Assembly (NCBI GenBank): GCA_943788175.1
Contig: CALSPG010000006.1
Location: 32,001 to 96,000, forward strand
Direction: 5' to 3'
Length of the DNA stretch: 64,000 nt
From: an uncultured bacterium
Lineage (GTDB): Bacteria > Fidelibacterota > Marinisomatia > Marinisomatales > UBA1611
Made by a program: the position numbers and the translations under genes. Every line of letters starts with the position of its first letter. Position 1 is the first letter of the stretch. Below, piece after piece: positions 10,809 to 20,953 of the stretch. The notes under the pieces are model-generated. The model was given only the letters and a program-made list of their open reading frames with translations, was not told the DNA's origin and did no database searches.

Positions 10809-11789
10809 ATGAAAATCGGAAACATCAAAATCGACATACCTGTACTTCTAGCTCCTATGGCAGGTTATACTGATTACCCATTCAGAGTATTATGTAAAAG
10901 GAACGGCGCTGGATTAGTTTATTCTGAGTTTGTTTCTGCTGATGGAATAATACGCGAAAACATTCGAACGCTAGAAATGATTCATTTTAAAAAAGAAGAA
11001 AGGCCGGTAGGAATTCAGATATTTGGTAGCGACCCAAAAATCATGAATCAAGCTACTAAATATATTATTAATAATTTTAAACCAGATTTAATTGATATCA
11101 ATTATGGCTGTCCTGTTCCAAAAGTCACAAAAAAAGGGGGTGGGTCTGCAGCCTTAAAAGACTTGTGTCTGATGGATGATATAACAATTGCAGTAGTTGA
11201 AGCTGCCTGCAAAACTCCTGTTACAGTAAAAATGAGAGCGGGGTGGGATATGAATAGTATTATAATTAATGAAGCAGGACCTCGCTTAGAGCAACTAGGA
11301 ATTAAGGCGCTTACCCTACACCCGCGTACTACTGTACAAAAATACAATGGTAGTGCAAATTGGGATTTAATCAAAAATTTAAAACAAATAGTTTCAATAC
11401 CTGTAATTGGCAATGGAGATGTTAAAAATATAGATGACATAAAAAAAATGTTTGAATACACTGCTTGTGATGCGGTTATGATAGCACGAGCAGCTCAAGG
11501 TAATCCGTGGATTTTTGATAAGGCCAAAGAACTATTTAATAAAAACCATCAAAGCAAAAAAATATCCTTAAAAAATATATCATCAATGTGTAAAGAGCAT
11601 TTTAGGCTTCTGACAAACGAAAAAGGTAACTCTACAGGAATGAATCTTATGAGGAAGCACTTTTCAAATTATCTGAAAGGGTTTCCTAACGCTTCGATAT
11701 TTAGACAAAAACTAGTAACAGCAAATTCCTACGAAAACATGATTTTAGGATTAACCGAATTTGAAAAGTATGCAAATGAGGAATCATAA
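10809..11789 (+). CDS. dusB: tRNA-dihydrouridine synthase B
   Basis: LAPMAG, QIFGS, DINYGCP, PVTVKMRAG and GNGDV motifs. Confidence 0.93.
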   Translation: MKIGNIKIDIPVLLAPMAGYTDYPFRVLCKRNGAGLVYSEFVSADGIIRENIRTLEMIHFKKEERPVGIQIFGSDPKIMNQATKYIINNFKPDLIDINYGCPVPKVTKKGGGSAALKDLCLMDDITIAVVEAACKTPVTVKMRAGWDMNSIIINEAGPRLEQLGIKALTLHPRTTVQKYNGSANWDLIKNLKQIVSIPVIGNGDVKNIDDIKKMFEYTACDAVMIARAAQGNPWIFDKAKELFNKNHQSKKISLKNISSMCKEHFRLLTNEKGNSTGMNLMRKHFSNYLKGFPNASIFRQKLVTANSYENMILGLTEFEKYANEES

Positions 11790-11876
11790 TAAATTGATGA
11801 TTTTTTCTACAATGTTTTTATTAAACTTGCATCCAAGTATTTCACGATAAATTATAAAATTACGGAAAGTAAAATT

Positions 11877-13493
11877 ATGTCTATGAACAATATTATTAAT
11901 GAGCCGGTAAAAGAATATCTTCCCGACTCTGAAGAAAGAAAATCGCTTCTAGAAGAGTATAAAAAACAGTCTAATAAAAAAATTGAAATACCAATAATTA
12001 TCGGTGGTGAAAAAATTCTTACTGGAGACATAGGCCACTGTATTGCTCCTCATAATCATAAAAAAGTTTTAGCATCTTACCATAAGGCTGATAAAGAAAC
12101 TGTCGATAAAGCTATAAAGAACTCATTAGATGCTTGGAAAGCTTGGTCTAATACTAAACTTGAAGAAAGAACAACTATTTTTAGGAAAGCCGCTATTCTT
12201 CTAGCAGGGAAATGGCGTAACAAAATCAATGCAGCAACTATGTTAAATCAAAGCAAAAATGCACACCAAGCAGAAATAGATGCGGCATGTGAGCTAATTG
12301 ATTTCTTTAACTTAAATTCTGCTTTTGCAGAAAATATTAATTCGAAGCAAGATCTTATCTCCCCCAATGATACGAAAAACTATCTTGAATATAGACCTCT
12401 TGAAGGTTTTGTTTTCGCCATAGCACCATTTAATTTCACTTCTATAGCCGGTAATCTTCCATCCGCTCCTGCTTTGATGGGAAATGTTTCTTTGTGGAAA
12501 CCGGCTTCATCGGCAATTTTAGCATGCTACTATCTAATGGAAATGTTTAAAGAAGCAGGCCTACCAGATGGCGTAATTAATTTTTTACCTGGTGATGGCA
12601 ATGTTGTTGGTGGTCCAATTTTAGATCATCCTAAGCTTGCAGGTGTTCATTTCACTGGGTCTACTAGAACTTTTAATCACATCTGGAAAACAATTGGTTC
12701 AAAAATTGACAATTACAAGTCCTACCCTAGAATAGTCGGAGAAACCGGAGGCAAAGACTTTTGCCTGGCTCATAGCTCATGTGATGAAGAAGTACTTGTA
12801 ACAGCCATGGTTAGAGGAGCATTCGAATATCAAGGTCAAAAGTGTTCTGCTATGTCAAGGGCTTATATACCTTCGACAATTTGGCCGTCTGTTGAAAAAA
12901 AACTCATTGAACAACTAAGTACAATTAAAGTAGGTCCTCCTAACGACTTTACAAATTTCATGAATGCTGTAATTGATAAATCAGCATTCAAAAGTATTAC
13001 TCATTATATAGATTATGCGAAAAGTAATGGTGATGCAGAAATCATTTTTGGTGGAGAATACGATGACTCAATAGGGTATTTTATTGAACCAACAATAATT
13101 CTAACATCAGATCCTAAGTTTAAAACAATGACAGAAGAGATATTTGGACCAGTTCTGACAATATATGTATACAAACCTGAAAATTGGGAAGAAACCCTGC
13201 GGCTAGTTGATACGACCAGTGACTATGCTCTGACAGGATGCATAATCGCTTCTGAAAAAGAAGTTATAAAAGAAACTCAAAGTAAACTCAAACACTCTGC
13301 TGGAAACTTTTACATAAATGACAAGCCCACTGGCGCAGTTGTTGGACAACAGCCTTTTGGGGGGAGTAGAAGATCCGGAACGAATGACAAAGCTGGTTCG
13401 GAGCTCAATCTTATGAGATGGGTATCTGTTAGGACGATCAAAGAAAATCTTAATCCTCCAAAGGATTATAAATATTCTTTTTTAGAAAAATAA
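11877..13493 (+). CDS. pruA: L-glutamate gamma-semialdehyde (P5C) dehydrogenase
   Basis: AEIDAACE, PFNFTSI, GETGGKD, FEYQGQKCSA and GTNDKAGS motifs. Confidence 0.95.
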   Translation: MSMNNIINEPVKEYLPDSEERKSLLEEYKKQSNKKIEIPIIIGGEKILTGDIGHCIAPHNHKKVLASYHKADKETVDKAIKNSLDAWKAWSNTKLEERTTIFRKAAILLAGKWRNKINAATMLNQSKNAHQAEIDAACELIDFFNLNSAFAENINSKQDLISPNDTKNYLEYRPLEGFVFAIAPFNFTSIAGNLPSAPALMGNVSLWKPASSAILACYYLMEMFKEAGLPDGVINFLPGDGNVVGGPILDHPKLAGVHFTGSTRTFNHIWKTIGSKIDNYKSYPRIVGETGGKDFCLAHSSCDEEVLVTAMVRGAFEYQGQKCSAMSRAYIPSTIWPSVEKKLIEQLSTIKVGPPNDFTNFMNAVIDKSAFKSITHYIDYAKSNGDAEIIFGGEYDDSIGYFIEPTIILTSDPKFKTMTEEIFGPVLTIYVYKPENWEETLRLVDTTSDYALTGCIIASEKEVIKETQSKLKHSAGNFYINDKPTGAVVGQQPFGGSRRSGTNDKAGSELNLMRWVSVRTIKENLNPPKDYKYSFLEK

Positions 13494-13496
13494 CAA

Positions 13497-14441
13497 ATGC
13501 AGAATAAAACAATAATGATTGCTCTTGGAGGTAATAGTTTATCTCCTAAAGGAAGCGCAGGTAGCGTGACTGAACAATTTAGTTTAGCTCGTAAAACTAT
13601 GAATAATTTATCCGAGTTTATTGATTTGAATTATAATATTTGCATTACACATGGTAACGGACCGCAAGTTGGAGATGAATTACTTAGAATGGATTTGACT
13701 AGCGAGACAGTACCTCCTCTCCCCCTTGGTATTTGCGTAGCAAACACACAAGGTCAAATAGGTTATATGGTTCAACAAACGCTTCAAAATGAACTTAGGG
13801 AAAAATCAGTCGATCGAGAAGTTGTTACCTTGGTAACTCAAGTTATTGTCGATAAAAATGATCAAAGTATCAATAACCCGACAAAATTTATAGGACCACG
13901 ATATACAAAATCAGAAATTGAAAAATTCGCTACAAAACTCGGATGGTCAATTAAAGAGCAAGAACCTGGCTCATGGCGAAGAGTAGTTCCCTCTCCCATG
14001 CCTGAATTCATTATGCATGGAAAGTCAATTAAGGCCTTGGTTGATAGAGGTACAATCGTCATAGCATTTGGCGGAGGAGGAATACCAGTTTTTAATAACA
14101 AAGATAATAAAATTGAAGGACTTGATGCTGTTATTGATAAAGATTTCTCTGCAGCAAAAATGGGCAGAATAATACGAGCGCAAGAATTATGGATTATTAG
14201 TGATATTGATTATCTTTATCGTAATTTCGGCAAAGAGGATGCTTCCCCGATCAAACAAATTAATTCAAAGGAATTAAATACTCTTTACAAAAAAAATACT
14301 TTCCAAGAAGGAACTATAAAACCGAAAATTAAAGCAGCTCTTCATTTTTTAAAACATCATGGTGAGAAAGTAGTTATCACATCTATTGACAATATTAAAA
14401 AAGCACTTAAACAAAAATCAGGTACAATTATTAGGAATTAA
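13497..14441 (+). CDS. arcC: Carbamate kinase
   Basis: ALGGN, THGNGPQVG, NPTKFIG, RRVVPSP, GGGGIPV and AVIDKD motifs. Confidence 0.93.
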   Translation: MQNKTIMIALGGNSLSPKGSAGSVTEQFSLARKTMNNLSEFIDLNYNICITHGNGPQVGDELLRMDLTSETVPPLPLGICVANTQGQIGYMVQQTLQNELREKSVDREVVTLVTQVIVDKNDQSINNPTKFIGPRYTKSEIEKFATKLGWSIKEQEPGSWRRVVPSPMPEFIMHGKSIKALVDRGTIVIAFGGGGIPVFNNKDNKIEGLDAVIDKDFSAAKMGRIIRAQELWIISDIDYLYRNFGKEDASPIKQINSKELNTLYKKNTFQEGTIKPKIKAALHFLKHHGEKVVITSIDNIKKALKQKSGTIIRN

Positions 14442-14443
14442 TT

Positions 14444-15607
14444 ATGAAAATTCATGAATATCAAGGAAAACAACTTTTTAAAAAGCATCAAATAAATATC
14501 CCCATTGGCATTCCTGCAATGAGCATCGATGAAGCTTTGGAAGCTTATGATAAACTTGACTCAGATGTCGTGGCTATCAAAGCACAGATACATGCGGGTG
14601 GCAGAGGCAAAGGCGGTGGTGTAAAAATTGCAATGAATAAACTCGATGCTGAAAAACACATAAAAAATATCTTTGGTATGAACTTAATTACACATCAAAC
14701 TGGAGACGAGGGTAAAAAAGTAGAAAGGCTTTATTTGGAGAGCGGGGTCAATATTAAAGATGAATTTTATGCGGCTATTACTCTTGATAGAAATAAAGAA
14801 ATGGATGTTTTCATGGTATCCTCTGAAGGTGGAATAGAAATTGAAAAAGTTGCGGCCGAATCCCCAGAAAAAATAATTAAAATATGGATTAATCCTCTAG
14901 TGGGCATTAAGTCTTTTCAGATTAGAAAATTAGCTTTTGGGCTGGGGCTCAGCGGGAATGCTTTTAAAGAAGCTACTCAGATTTTTTATAAAATGTATGA
15001 ATGCTATCAAAAGAACGATGCTTCAATTTTAGAAATCAACCCCCTAGTTGTTACAGAAGATGATAAAATAATAGCTCTTGATTCGAAATTTAATTTTGAC
15101 AGCAATGCACTTTTTAGGCAAAAACAAATATTGGAAATGCGGGATTTAAGTGAAGAAGATGAAATGGAAATCGAAGCAAGTCAATATAACTTAAATTATA
15201 TCAAACTGGATGGCAACGTTGGATGTATGGTTAATGGGGCTGGACTAGCCATGGCGACGATGGATATAATAAAAATAGCTGGAGGAGAGCCAGCAAACTT
15301 TTTAGATGTTGGTGGAACAGCGAGCGCAGAAACAGTAAAAAATGGATTCAGAATTATCTTATCAGATAAAAATGTAAAATCTATTTTAATCAATATTTTT
15401 GGAGGAATAGTTCGTTGCGATAGAGTAGCTAAGGGAGTTGTGCAAGCTGTTGGTGAGCTAGGCTTAAGCGTCCCAGTAATTGTACGACTGAGTGGTACCA
15501 ATGCAGAGGAAGCTAAAGAAATTCTATCAAATTCTGATGTATCTGTCATTCCCGCAACTGGAATGAAAGATGCTGCAGAAAAAGCTGTCAAAGCCATAAA
15601 TAATTAA
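14444..15607 (+). CDS. sucC: Succinyl-CoA synthetase beta subunit
   Basis: MKIHEYQGK, GGRGKGGGV, NGAGLAMAT and NIFGGIVRCD motifs. Confidence 0.98.
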   Translation: MKIHEYQGKQLFKKHQINIPIGIPAMSIDEALEAYDKLDSDVVAIKAQIHAGGRGKGGGVKIAMNKLDAEKHIKNIFGMNLITHQTGDEGKKVERLYLESGVNIKDEFYAAITLDRNKEMDVFMVSSEGGIEIEKVAAESPEKIIKIWINPLVGIKSFQIRKLAFGLGLSGNAFKEATQIFYKMYECYQKNDASILEINPLVVTEDDKIIALDSKFNFDSNALFRQKQILEMRDLSEEDEMEIEASQYNLNYIKLDGNVGCMVNGAGLAMATMDIIKIAGGEPANFLDVGGTASAETVKNGFRIILSDKNVKSILINIFGGIVRCDRVAKGVVQAVGELGLSVPVIVRLSGTNAEEAKEILSNSDVSVIPATGMKDAAEKAVKAINN

Positions 15608-15616
15608 AGGATAAAT

Positions 15617-16492
15617 ATGTCAATACTCGTAAATAAAAACTCAAAAGTTATTGTTCAAGGCATTACTGGATCTGAAGGTGAATTTCATACTAAACAGATG
15701 TTAGAATATGGAACTAATATAGTTGGAGGTGTGACTCCTGGGAAGGGTGGTCAAAAAACGATTAATGAAGCTATAAATGTTTACAACTCTGTTGAGGAGT
15801 CCGTTAAAGAAACAGGTGCTAATACTTCAATTATTTTCGTACCTCCCCCCTTTGCTGCTGATGCTATTATTGAATCGAGCTATGCTGGCATCGGTCTAAT
15901 TGTTTGCATAACTGAAGGCGTGCCTATCCAAGATATGGTAAAAGTAAAGCAAGTTGTTGAAAAGAATGGCACTAGGCTTATTGGGCCAAATTGTCCAGGA
16001 ATTATAACAGTCGATGAATGCAAACTTGGTATTATGCCCGGTTTTATATGCCAAAAAGGTAATATTGGAGTAGTGTCAAAATCAGGAACATTAACCTACG
16101 AGGCGATTGATCAGCTTGTAAATTCAGGCCTTGGTCAAACAACAGCTATAGGAATTGGTGGTGACCCTATTATTGGTACTTCTATGAAAGACTGCTTGGA
16201 GTTATTCCAGGAAGATCCAGAAACAGAAGGAGTTGTTATTATTGGTGAGATTGGCGGGCAAATGGAGATTGAAGCTGCTCAGTGGGCAAAAGAGAATATG
16301 TCAAAACCTATTGCTGGATTTATTGCTGGCCAAACTGCTCCTCCTGGAAAACGAATGGGACATGCTGGGGCAATTGTTTCAGGCGGGAATGACACAGCAA
16401 AAGCGAAAATGGATTTTTTAGAAAAATGTGATATTGCCGTTTCCGAATCGGTCGCGGACATTGGCGCATTAATGAAATCTTTAATGAATTAA
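15617..16492 (+). CDS. sucD: Succinyl-CoA synthetase alpha subunit
   Basis: QGITG, GPNCPG, SGTLTYE and RMGHAGA motifs. Confidence 0.98.
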   Translation: MSILVNKNSKVIVQGITGSEGEFHTKQMLEYGTNIVGGVTPGKGGQKTINEAINVYNSVEESVKETGANTSIIFVPPPFAADAIIESSYAGIGLIVCITEGVPIQDMVKVKQVVEKNGTRLIGPNCPGIITVDECKLGIMPGFICQKGNIGVVSKSGTLTYEAIDQLVNSGLGQTTAIGIGGDPIIGTSMKDCLELFQEDPETEGVVIIGEIGGQMEIEAAQWAKENMSKPIAGFIAGQTAPPGKRMGHAGAIVSGGNDTAKAKMDFLEKCDIAVSESVADIGALMKSLMN

Positions 16493-16514
16493 AACAATAA
16501 AATTAGGATAAAAA

Positions 16515-16940
16515 ATGAAAAATATAACCTTTGCAATGATAAAGCCAGATGCAGTTAGAAATCGCAATACTGGTAAAATTTATGACCGTATACTTACTTC
16601 TGGTTTTAGCATCATAAGCGCAAAATTACTACGAATGACAAAATCACAAGCAGAAGGATTTTATGATGTCCATTCAGAAAGGCCTTTCTTTGGAGAACTC
16701 ACAGAGTTTATGTCATCAGGACCCTGCATGGTTTTAGCACTACAAAAGGAAAATGCAGTAGAAGAATGGAGAAAAACCATTGGCGCAACAAACCCAGATG
16801 AAGCAGAAACTGGCAGTATTAGAAAGGATTTTGCCACAAGTATTGGAGAAAATGCAGTGCACGGATCAGATTCTGATGAAAATGCTAAAAAAGAGATTGG
16901 ATTTTTCTTCTCAGAGAGTGAACTTATAGCTAATGAATAA
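16515..16940 (+). CDS. ndk: Nucleoside diphosphate kinase
   Basis: IKPDAV and NAVHGSDS motifs. Confidence 0.98.
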   Translation: MKNITFAMIKPDAVRNRNTGKIYDRILTSGFSIISAKLLRMTKSQAEGFYDVHSERPFFGELTEFMSSGPCMVLALQKENAVEEWRKTIGATNPDEAETGSIRKDFATSIGENAVHGSDSDENAKKEIGFFFSESELIANE

Positions 16941-16952
16941 AAATTCACTTAA

Positions 16953-17906
16953 ATGAGAAGAATACTATATATATCACTTTTAATACTTTTAATATCTTGT
17001 GGTGGCAAAGGGGTTGAAGGCCAAGTCGGACAGATCATCTCAATTGCAGCGGAAGAAAACCTTGAAGAAACTAATGTGGATTATAATTGGATTATTATGG
17101 GTCAGCCTGATGGAAGTTTATTGAGCCCAAAAGACCTTAAATATAAAAACAGTGGCCAAGAAATGATCTTTATTCCTGATTACCCTGGTGATTATAACTT
17201 TGAAGTTTCTGTTACAAAATTTGGAGATGAACTGTCTAGTCAATCTTTTTTCTTTTCCATCTCTGATTTTGAGGACGATAACATTGAAGACACACAAGAT
17301 GAAACATCAAAAGAAGAAAAATGGCTTAAAGAAAGTTTAGATGACTTTGATAGACAACCTGAAAGCCAAGGCAAAAATGAAGATGATGAAGATGATGAAG
17401 ATGATGAAGATGATGAAGATGATGAAGATGATGAAGATGATGAAGATGATGAAGATGATGAAGATGATGAAGATGATGAAAATGATGAAAATGATGAAGA
17501 TGATGAAGATGATGAAGATGATGAAGATGATGAAAATGATGAAACCATTTCTAAAAAAAGAAATATTAAAAAGCCTTCAATAAAAGCAATTATTCCAAAA
17601 AACAAATCAAGAAATAAACCTAGAGTAATTAAAGGTGCAAATATAGCCGCAAAACGTGACCGTTTTACAATCCAAGTTATTTCAAAAAAACGATTAGTAG
17701 ATGCTCAACAGTTTGCTGATAAACTCATAAAATCTGGTTATGATGCTTACATTCAAAAAGCATATTTTAAAGAGACTGAAGAGGTCTGGTATAGAGTTAG
17801 AATAGGAAGTTATGACAATTACAACTCAGCTCAAGCTGTTGCCAATGTAGTGAGTAAAGATATTAAGCTTTCTGTTTGGGTAGATTTTGTAAGAATTGAT
17901 AATTAA
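16953..17906 (+). CDS. SPOR-domain lipoprotein with an acidic linker
   Basis: Lipobox LLISC; PKD/Ig-like N-terminal part (FIPDYPGDYNFEV); poly-DDE linker; C-terminal SPOR (FTIQV...WYRVRIGSY). Confidence 0.8.
   Translation: MRRILYISLLILLISCGGKGVEGQVGQIISIAAEENLEETNVDYNWIIMGQPDGSLLSPKDLKYKNSGQEMIFIPDYPGDYNFEVSVTKFGDELSSQSFFFSISDFEDDNIEDTQDETSKEEKWLKESLDDFDRQPESQGKNEDDEDDEDDEDDEDDEDDEDDEDDEDDEDDEDDENDENDEDDEDDEDDEDDENDETISKKRNIKKPSIKAIIPKNKSRNKPRVIKGANIAAKRDRFTIQVISKKRLVDAQQFADKLIKSGYDAYIQKAYFKETEEVWYRVRIGSYDNYNSAQAVANVVSKDIKLSVWVDFVRIDN
17382..17543 (+). repeat. Tandem 9-bp repeat (G/A)ATGATGAA x18 encoding (DDE)11(NDE)2(DDE)4(NDE)
   Basis: Read directly from the sequence; in frame within the SPOR gene. 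Confidence 0.97.
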
Positions 17907-17932
17907 TTTTATTATTGAAATTGTAAAATATT

Positions 17933-19177
17933 TTGTTTGAAAAAAAATTACATTTTAATTACAAGGATATATTTCTTTCTCCAAGGTTAGCATTAAGCCC
18001 AAAGAAAATTTGGGTTTTTATATTAGGTAACTTATATGGTTATATAGCTTACTGGGTTCTAACGTTTATAGCAATGATACTATCAGGAGTAGAAATTAAC
18101 GAAGCTCTGTACGATTATGGATTATACCCCTATTTATCAGGTACTGACTTTTCGCCAATATCTTGGTCGATTTATTACGCTGGAATAATATTTTGGGCTC
18201 TCTCTCTTTTAGCTTCAAGCACTGCTGTCTCTTCCATAACAATTAGACAACTTAGAGGAGATAATTTTTATTCAGCAAATGATGCTTTTGACCAAATATT
18301 AAAAAAATGGAAAACAATCTTATTTACACCCATAACATTGATATTGATTTTATTAGCACTGATTGTAATAGGTGGTTTTTTTGCAATTCTTGGTAGAATA
18401 TCATTTATTGGGCCGTTGTTAGTTGCTATCACTTATCCGTTGTTATTTTTGGGTTCAATATTTTTGGTTTTCTCATACCTAGTTTTCATCTCTTCATTTT
18501 CGTTGTATCCATCAGCAGTTGGCGCTTACGATGAAGATACAATTGGTTCTGTTTTTCATGCATATCAAACTACTTTTAACCAACCATGGAGAATATTAAC
18601 CTACAACATCCTATTATTACCACTGGTCATTTTATCAATGAAATTATTATCCTGGTTCTGTCAACTTGGTTTTAATGTTATGAATCTATTTTCTGAACAG
18701 GTTATGGGATCAAGCTATTCTAATATTATGAGCTATGCGTTATCAGTATTAAATTTAGATTTTATCTTAGCTAATGCTCCACTTTATGAAATAACATTTT
18801 TGACTGATTCATTGAGCCTTCAAAGCTTAGTATCAGTTTTTGTTAATATTTTAACCAGCTTATTTGCAGAAATTTTTAATATAATTTTATCTTGTCTACC
18901 TTTGTTAGAATATAGTACAGATGGAGGTTATATATCTTCAGTTGAGACAATCGCTGGTCTCATTCTTTCTATTTCTTTTATATTTTTATACCTATCAGTC
19001 CTCTCCTATGGTTTTTCCATTGTTTCCGTAGGTCAAACAATCATTTTTATAATTTTTAAAAAGTTAAATGATGATGAAAACTTAGTCTTAGATAATCCTC
19101 CTATTATTAATAAGAACTCAGACAGCATTGAACATTCAAGCGCAGAAATTCTTGACTCAATTAGCGAAGAAGAGTAG
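17933..19177 (+). CDS. Hypothetical multi-pass membrane protein
   Basis: 414-aa ORF with many hydrophobic segments; TTG start; no family recognised. Confidence 0.7.
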   Translation: MFEKKLHFNYKDIFLSPRLALSPKKIWVFILGNLYGYIAYWVLTFIAMILSGVEINEALYDYGLYPYLSGTDFSPISWSIYYAGIIFWALSLLASSTAVSSITIRQLRGDNFYSANDAFDQILKKWKTILFTPITLILILLALIVIGGFFAILGRISFIGPLLVAITYPLLFLGSIFLVFSYLVFISSFSLYPSAVGAYDEDTIGSVFHAYQTTFNQPWRILTYNILLLPLVILSMKLLSWFCQLGFNVMNLFSEQVMGSSYSNIMSYALSVLNLDFILANAPLYEITFLTDSLSLQSLVSVFVNILTSLFAEIFNIILSCLPLLEYSTDGGYISSVETIAGLILSISFIFLYLSVLSYGFSIVSVGQTIIFIIFKKLNDDENLVLDNPPIINKNSDSIEHSSAEILDSISEEE

Positions 19178-19237
19178 CATCGTTCTATTTGATTGCAACT
19201 TGTAATACTTATTCAAGATAGGTAATTTTAGAACTGT

Positions 19238-19687
19238 ATGATAGTTTTACGTTCGGATTTGTTAACCGGATTTAAAAACAAGCTTTTTGAAATAGAGTTA
19301 AAAACGACAGATAATAATTTAGTTTTTGAGAATAATAAGTTAGCATGTGAACTAAGTTCTACAACCTCAAAGTATGGGTTTAAAATTTCAGGATTCATTT
19401 TCAATAACATTGTTAATTGTTGTGATAGATGCCTCAAAGAATATGTTCTTAATGATAAGATTAAAATATCTTTTCTGATATCAAATCAAAAAAATGATAA
19501 TAATATTGGTAATTATGACGTCCTTTATTGGTCTAGTAAATCAGATAGAGTTAATTTAAAAAACACATTACTAGAAATATTATTTGTGGAAGTTCCATTC
19601 AAAAAATTATGCTCTAATAATTGTAAAGGTATTTGCCTAAATTGCGGTATAAACCTAAACAACGAACCTTGTTCATGCAAAAACTAA
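19238..19687 (+). CDS. YceD/DUF177 family protein
   Basis: CDRCL and KKLCSNNCKGICLNCGINLN..C motifs; immediately upstream of rpmF. Confidence 0.85.
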   Translation: MIVLRSDLLTGFKNKLFEIELKTTDNNLVFENNKLACELSSTTSKYGFKISGFIFNNIVNCCDRCLKEYVLNDKIKISFLISNQKNDNNIGNYDVLYWSSKSDRVNLKNTLLEILFVEVPFKKLCSNNCKGICLNCGINLNNEPCSCKN

Positions 19688-19716
19688 TTAAGTAAAATTA
19701 CTCTAGGAGAGAAATC

Positions 19717-19893
19717 ATGGCATTGCCTAAGCGAAGACAATCAAAGTCAAGAAGTAAAAAAAGAAGAACTCATTATAAATCAGGTCTAGTTTCTACTACT
19801 ACCTGTCCTCAATGCAATGCTACAAAAATGCAGCACAGAGCATGCCCAAGTTGCGGATATTACAGAGGTAGACCTGTAATTTCTTCTTCTTAA
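19717..19893 (+). CDS. rpmF: 50S ribosomal protein L32 (58 aa, not in the ORF track)
   Basis: MALPKRRQSKSRSKKRRTHY...CPQC...HRACPSCGYYRGR; AGGAG RBS upstream. Confidence 0.97.
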   Translation: MALPKRRQSKSRSKKRRTHYKSGLVSTTTCPQCNATKMQHRACPSCGYYRGRPVISSS

Positions 19894-19963
19894 GTATCAA
19901 TAAGTTCCCTATTGAATTTTAATAATATCACGAACCTAAATTTTCTAATATAGTCATATTATT

Positions 19964-20953
19964 TTGAAGGCGACCATCACATCTACGGCTCACTATGTAC
20001 CAGAAAAAGTTTTAACAAATTCTGAACTTGAAAAATTTGTTGAAACTTCTGATGAGTGGATACAAAGCCGTGTAGGCATTAAACAAAGACACGTAGTCAG
20101 CAAAGGAGAAGCCTCTTCTGATATGTCGACAGAAGTTGCCAAGTTACTTTTGCAAAAAAGAGGCATTAGCCCAAATGAAATCGATGTTATAATTATTGGA
20201 ACAGTTACACCTGATCATCCTACTCCATCTACTGCCGCGATTGTTCAAAATAATATCAAAGCTGAAAATGCATGGGCATTTGATTTAAGCGCTGCATGTA
20301 GCGGGTTTTTATTTTCGTTGGAAACGGGCGCTCGATTTATTGAATCAGGCAAATATAAATATATTATGGTTATAGGTGTGGATACTATGACATCAATATT
20401 AGACTTTAAAGATAGAGAGACTTGTATAATTTTCGGTGATGGTGCTGGTGGCGTCATTCTTGAAGCTTCTAAATCAGATGCAGGTATTTTAGGATCTATT
20501 CTTAAAACTGATGGCTCAGGCGCTGAGAGCCTTAATGTCTTAGCAGGTGGAAGTAGATTTCCAGCATCAATCGAAACCATTAATCAAAGACAACACTATA
20601 TAAAACAAGACGGTAAAAAAGTTTTTAAATTTGCTATAAGAAGGATGTCAGATGTTTCTACTAAGTTGCTTAAAGAAAATGGCTTAAGTGGCACAGATGT
20701 TGATTTATTCATACCCCACCAAGCAAATAAGCGAATTATAGAAGCAACTGGAGAACGTTGTGGTATTCCCAAAGATAAAGTAATGATTAATATAGATAAG
20801 TATGGTAATACAACTGCCGGGACAATACCAATTGCTCTAAATGAAGCAGTAGAAAAAAATCTAATTTCAGATGGAGACTATGTTTTATTGTCTGCATTTG
20901 GTTCTGGTTTTACTTGGGGTAGCATTTTAATAAAATGGAATTCTAAAAAATGA
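19964..20953 (+). CDS. fabH: 3-oxoacyl-ACP synthase III
   Basis: AACSGF, FGDGAG, PHQAN, YGNT and FGSGFTWG motifs. Confidence 0.96.
   Translation: MKATITSTAHYVPEKVLTNSELEKFVETSDEWIQSRVGIKQRHVVSKGEASSDMSTEVAKLLLQKRGISPNEIDVIIIGTVTPDHPTPSTAAIVQNNIKAENAWAFDLSAACSGFLFSLETGARFIESGKYKYIMVIGVDTMTSILDFKDRETCIIFGDGAGGVILEASKSDAGILGSILKTDGSGAESLNVLAGGSRFPASIETINQRQHYIKQDGKKVFKFAIRRMSDVSTKLLKENGLSGTDVDLFIPHQANKRIIEATGERCGIPKDKVMINIDKYGNTTAGTIPIALNEAVEKNLISDGDYVLLSAFGSGFTWGSILIKWNSKK

Noticed and set aside
17240-17605. Poly-Ser (- strand) and poly-MMK (+ strand) ORFs; repeat as a possible CRISPR array
   Set aside because: Both ORFs are alternative-frame shadows of the GATGATGAA repeat. There are no spacers and no cas genes.
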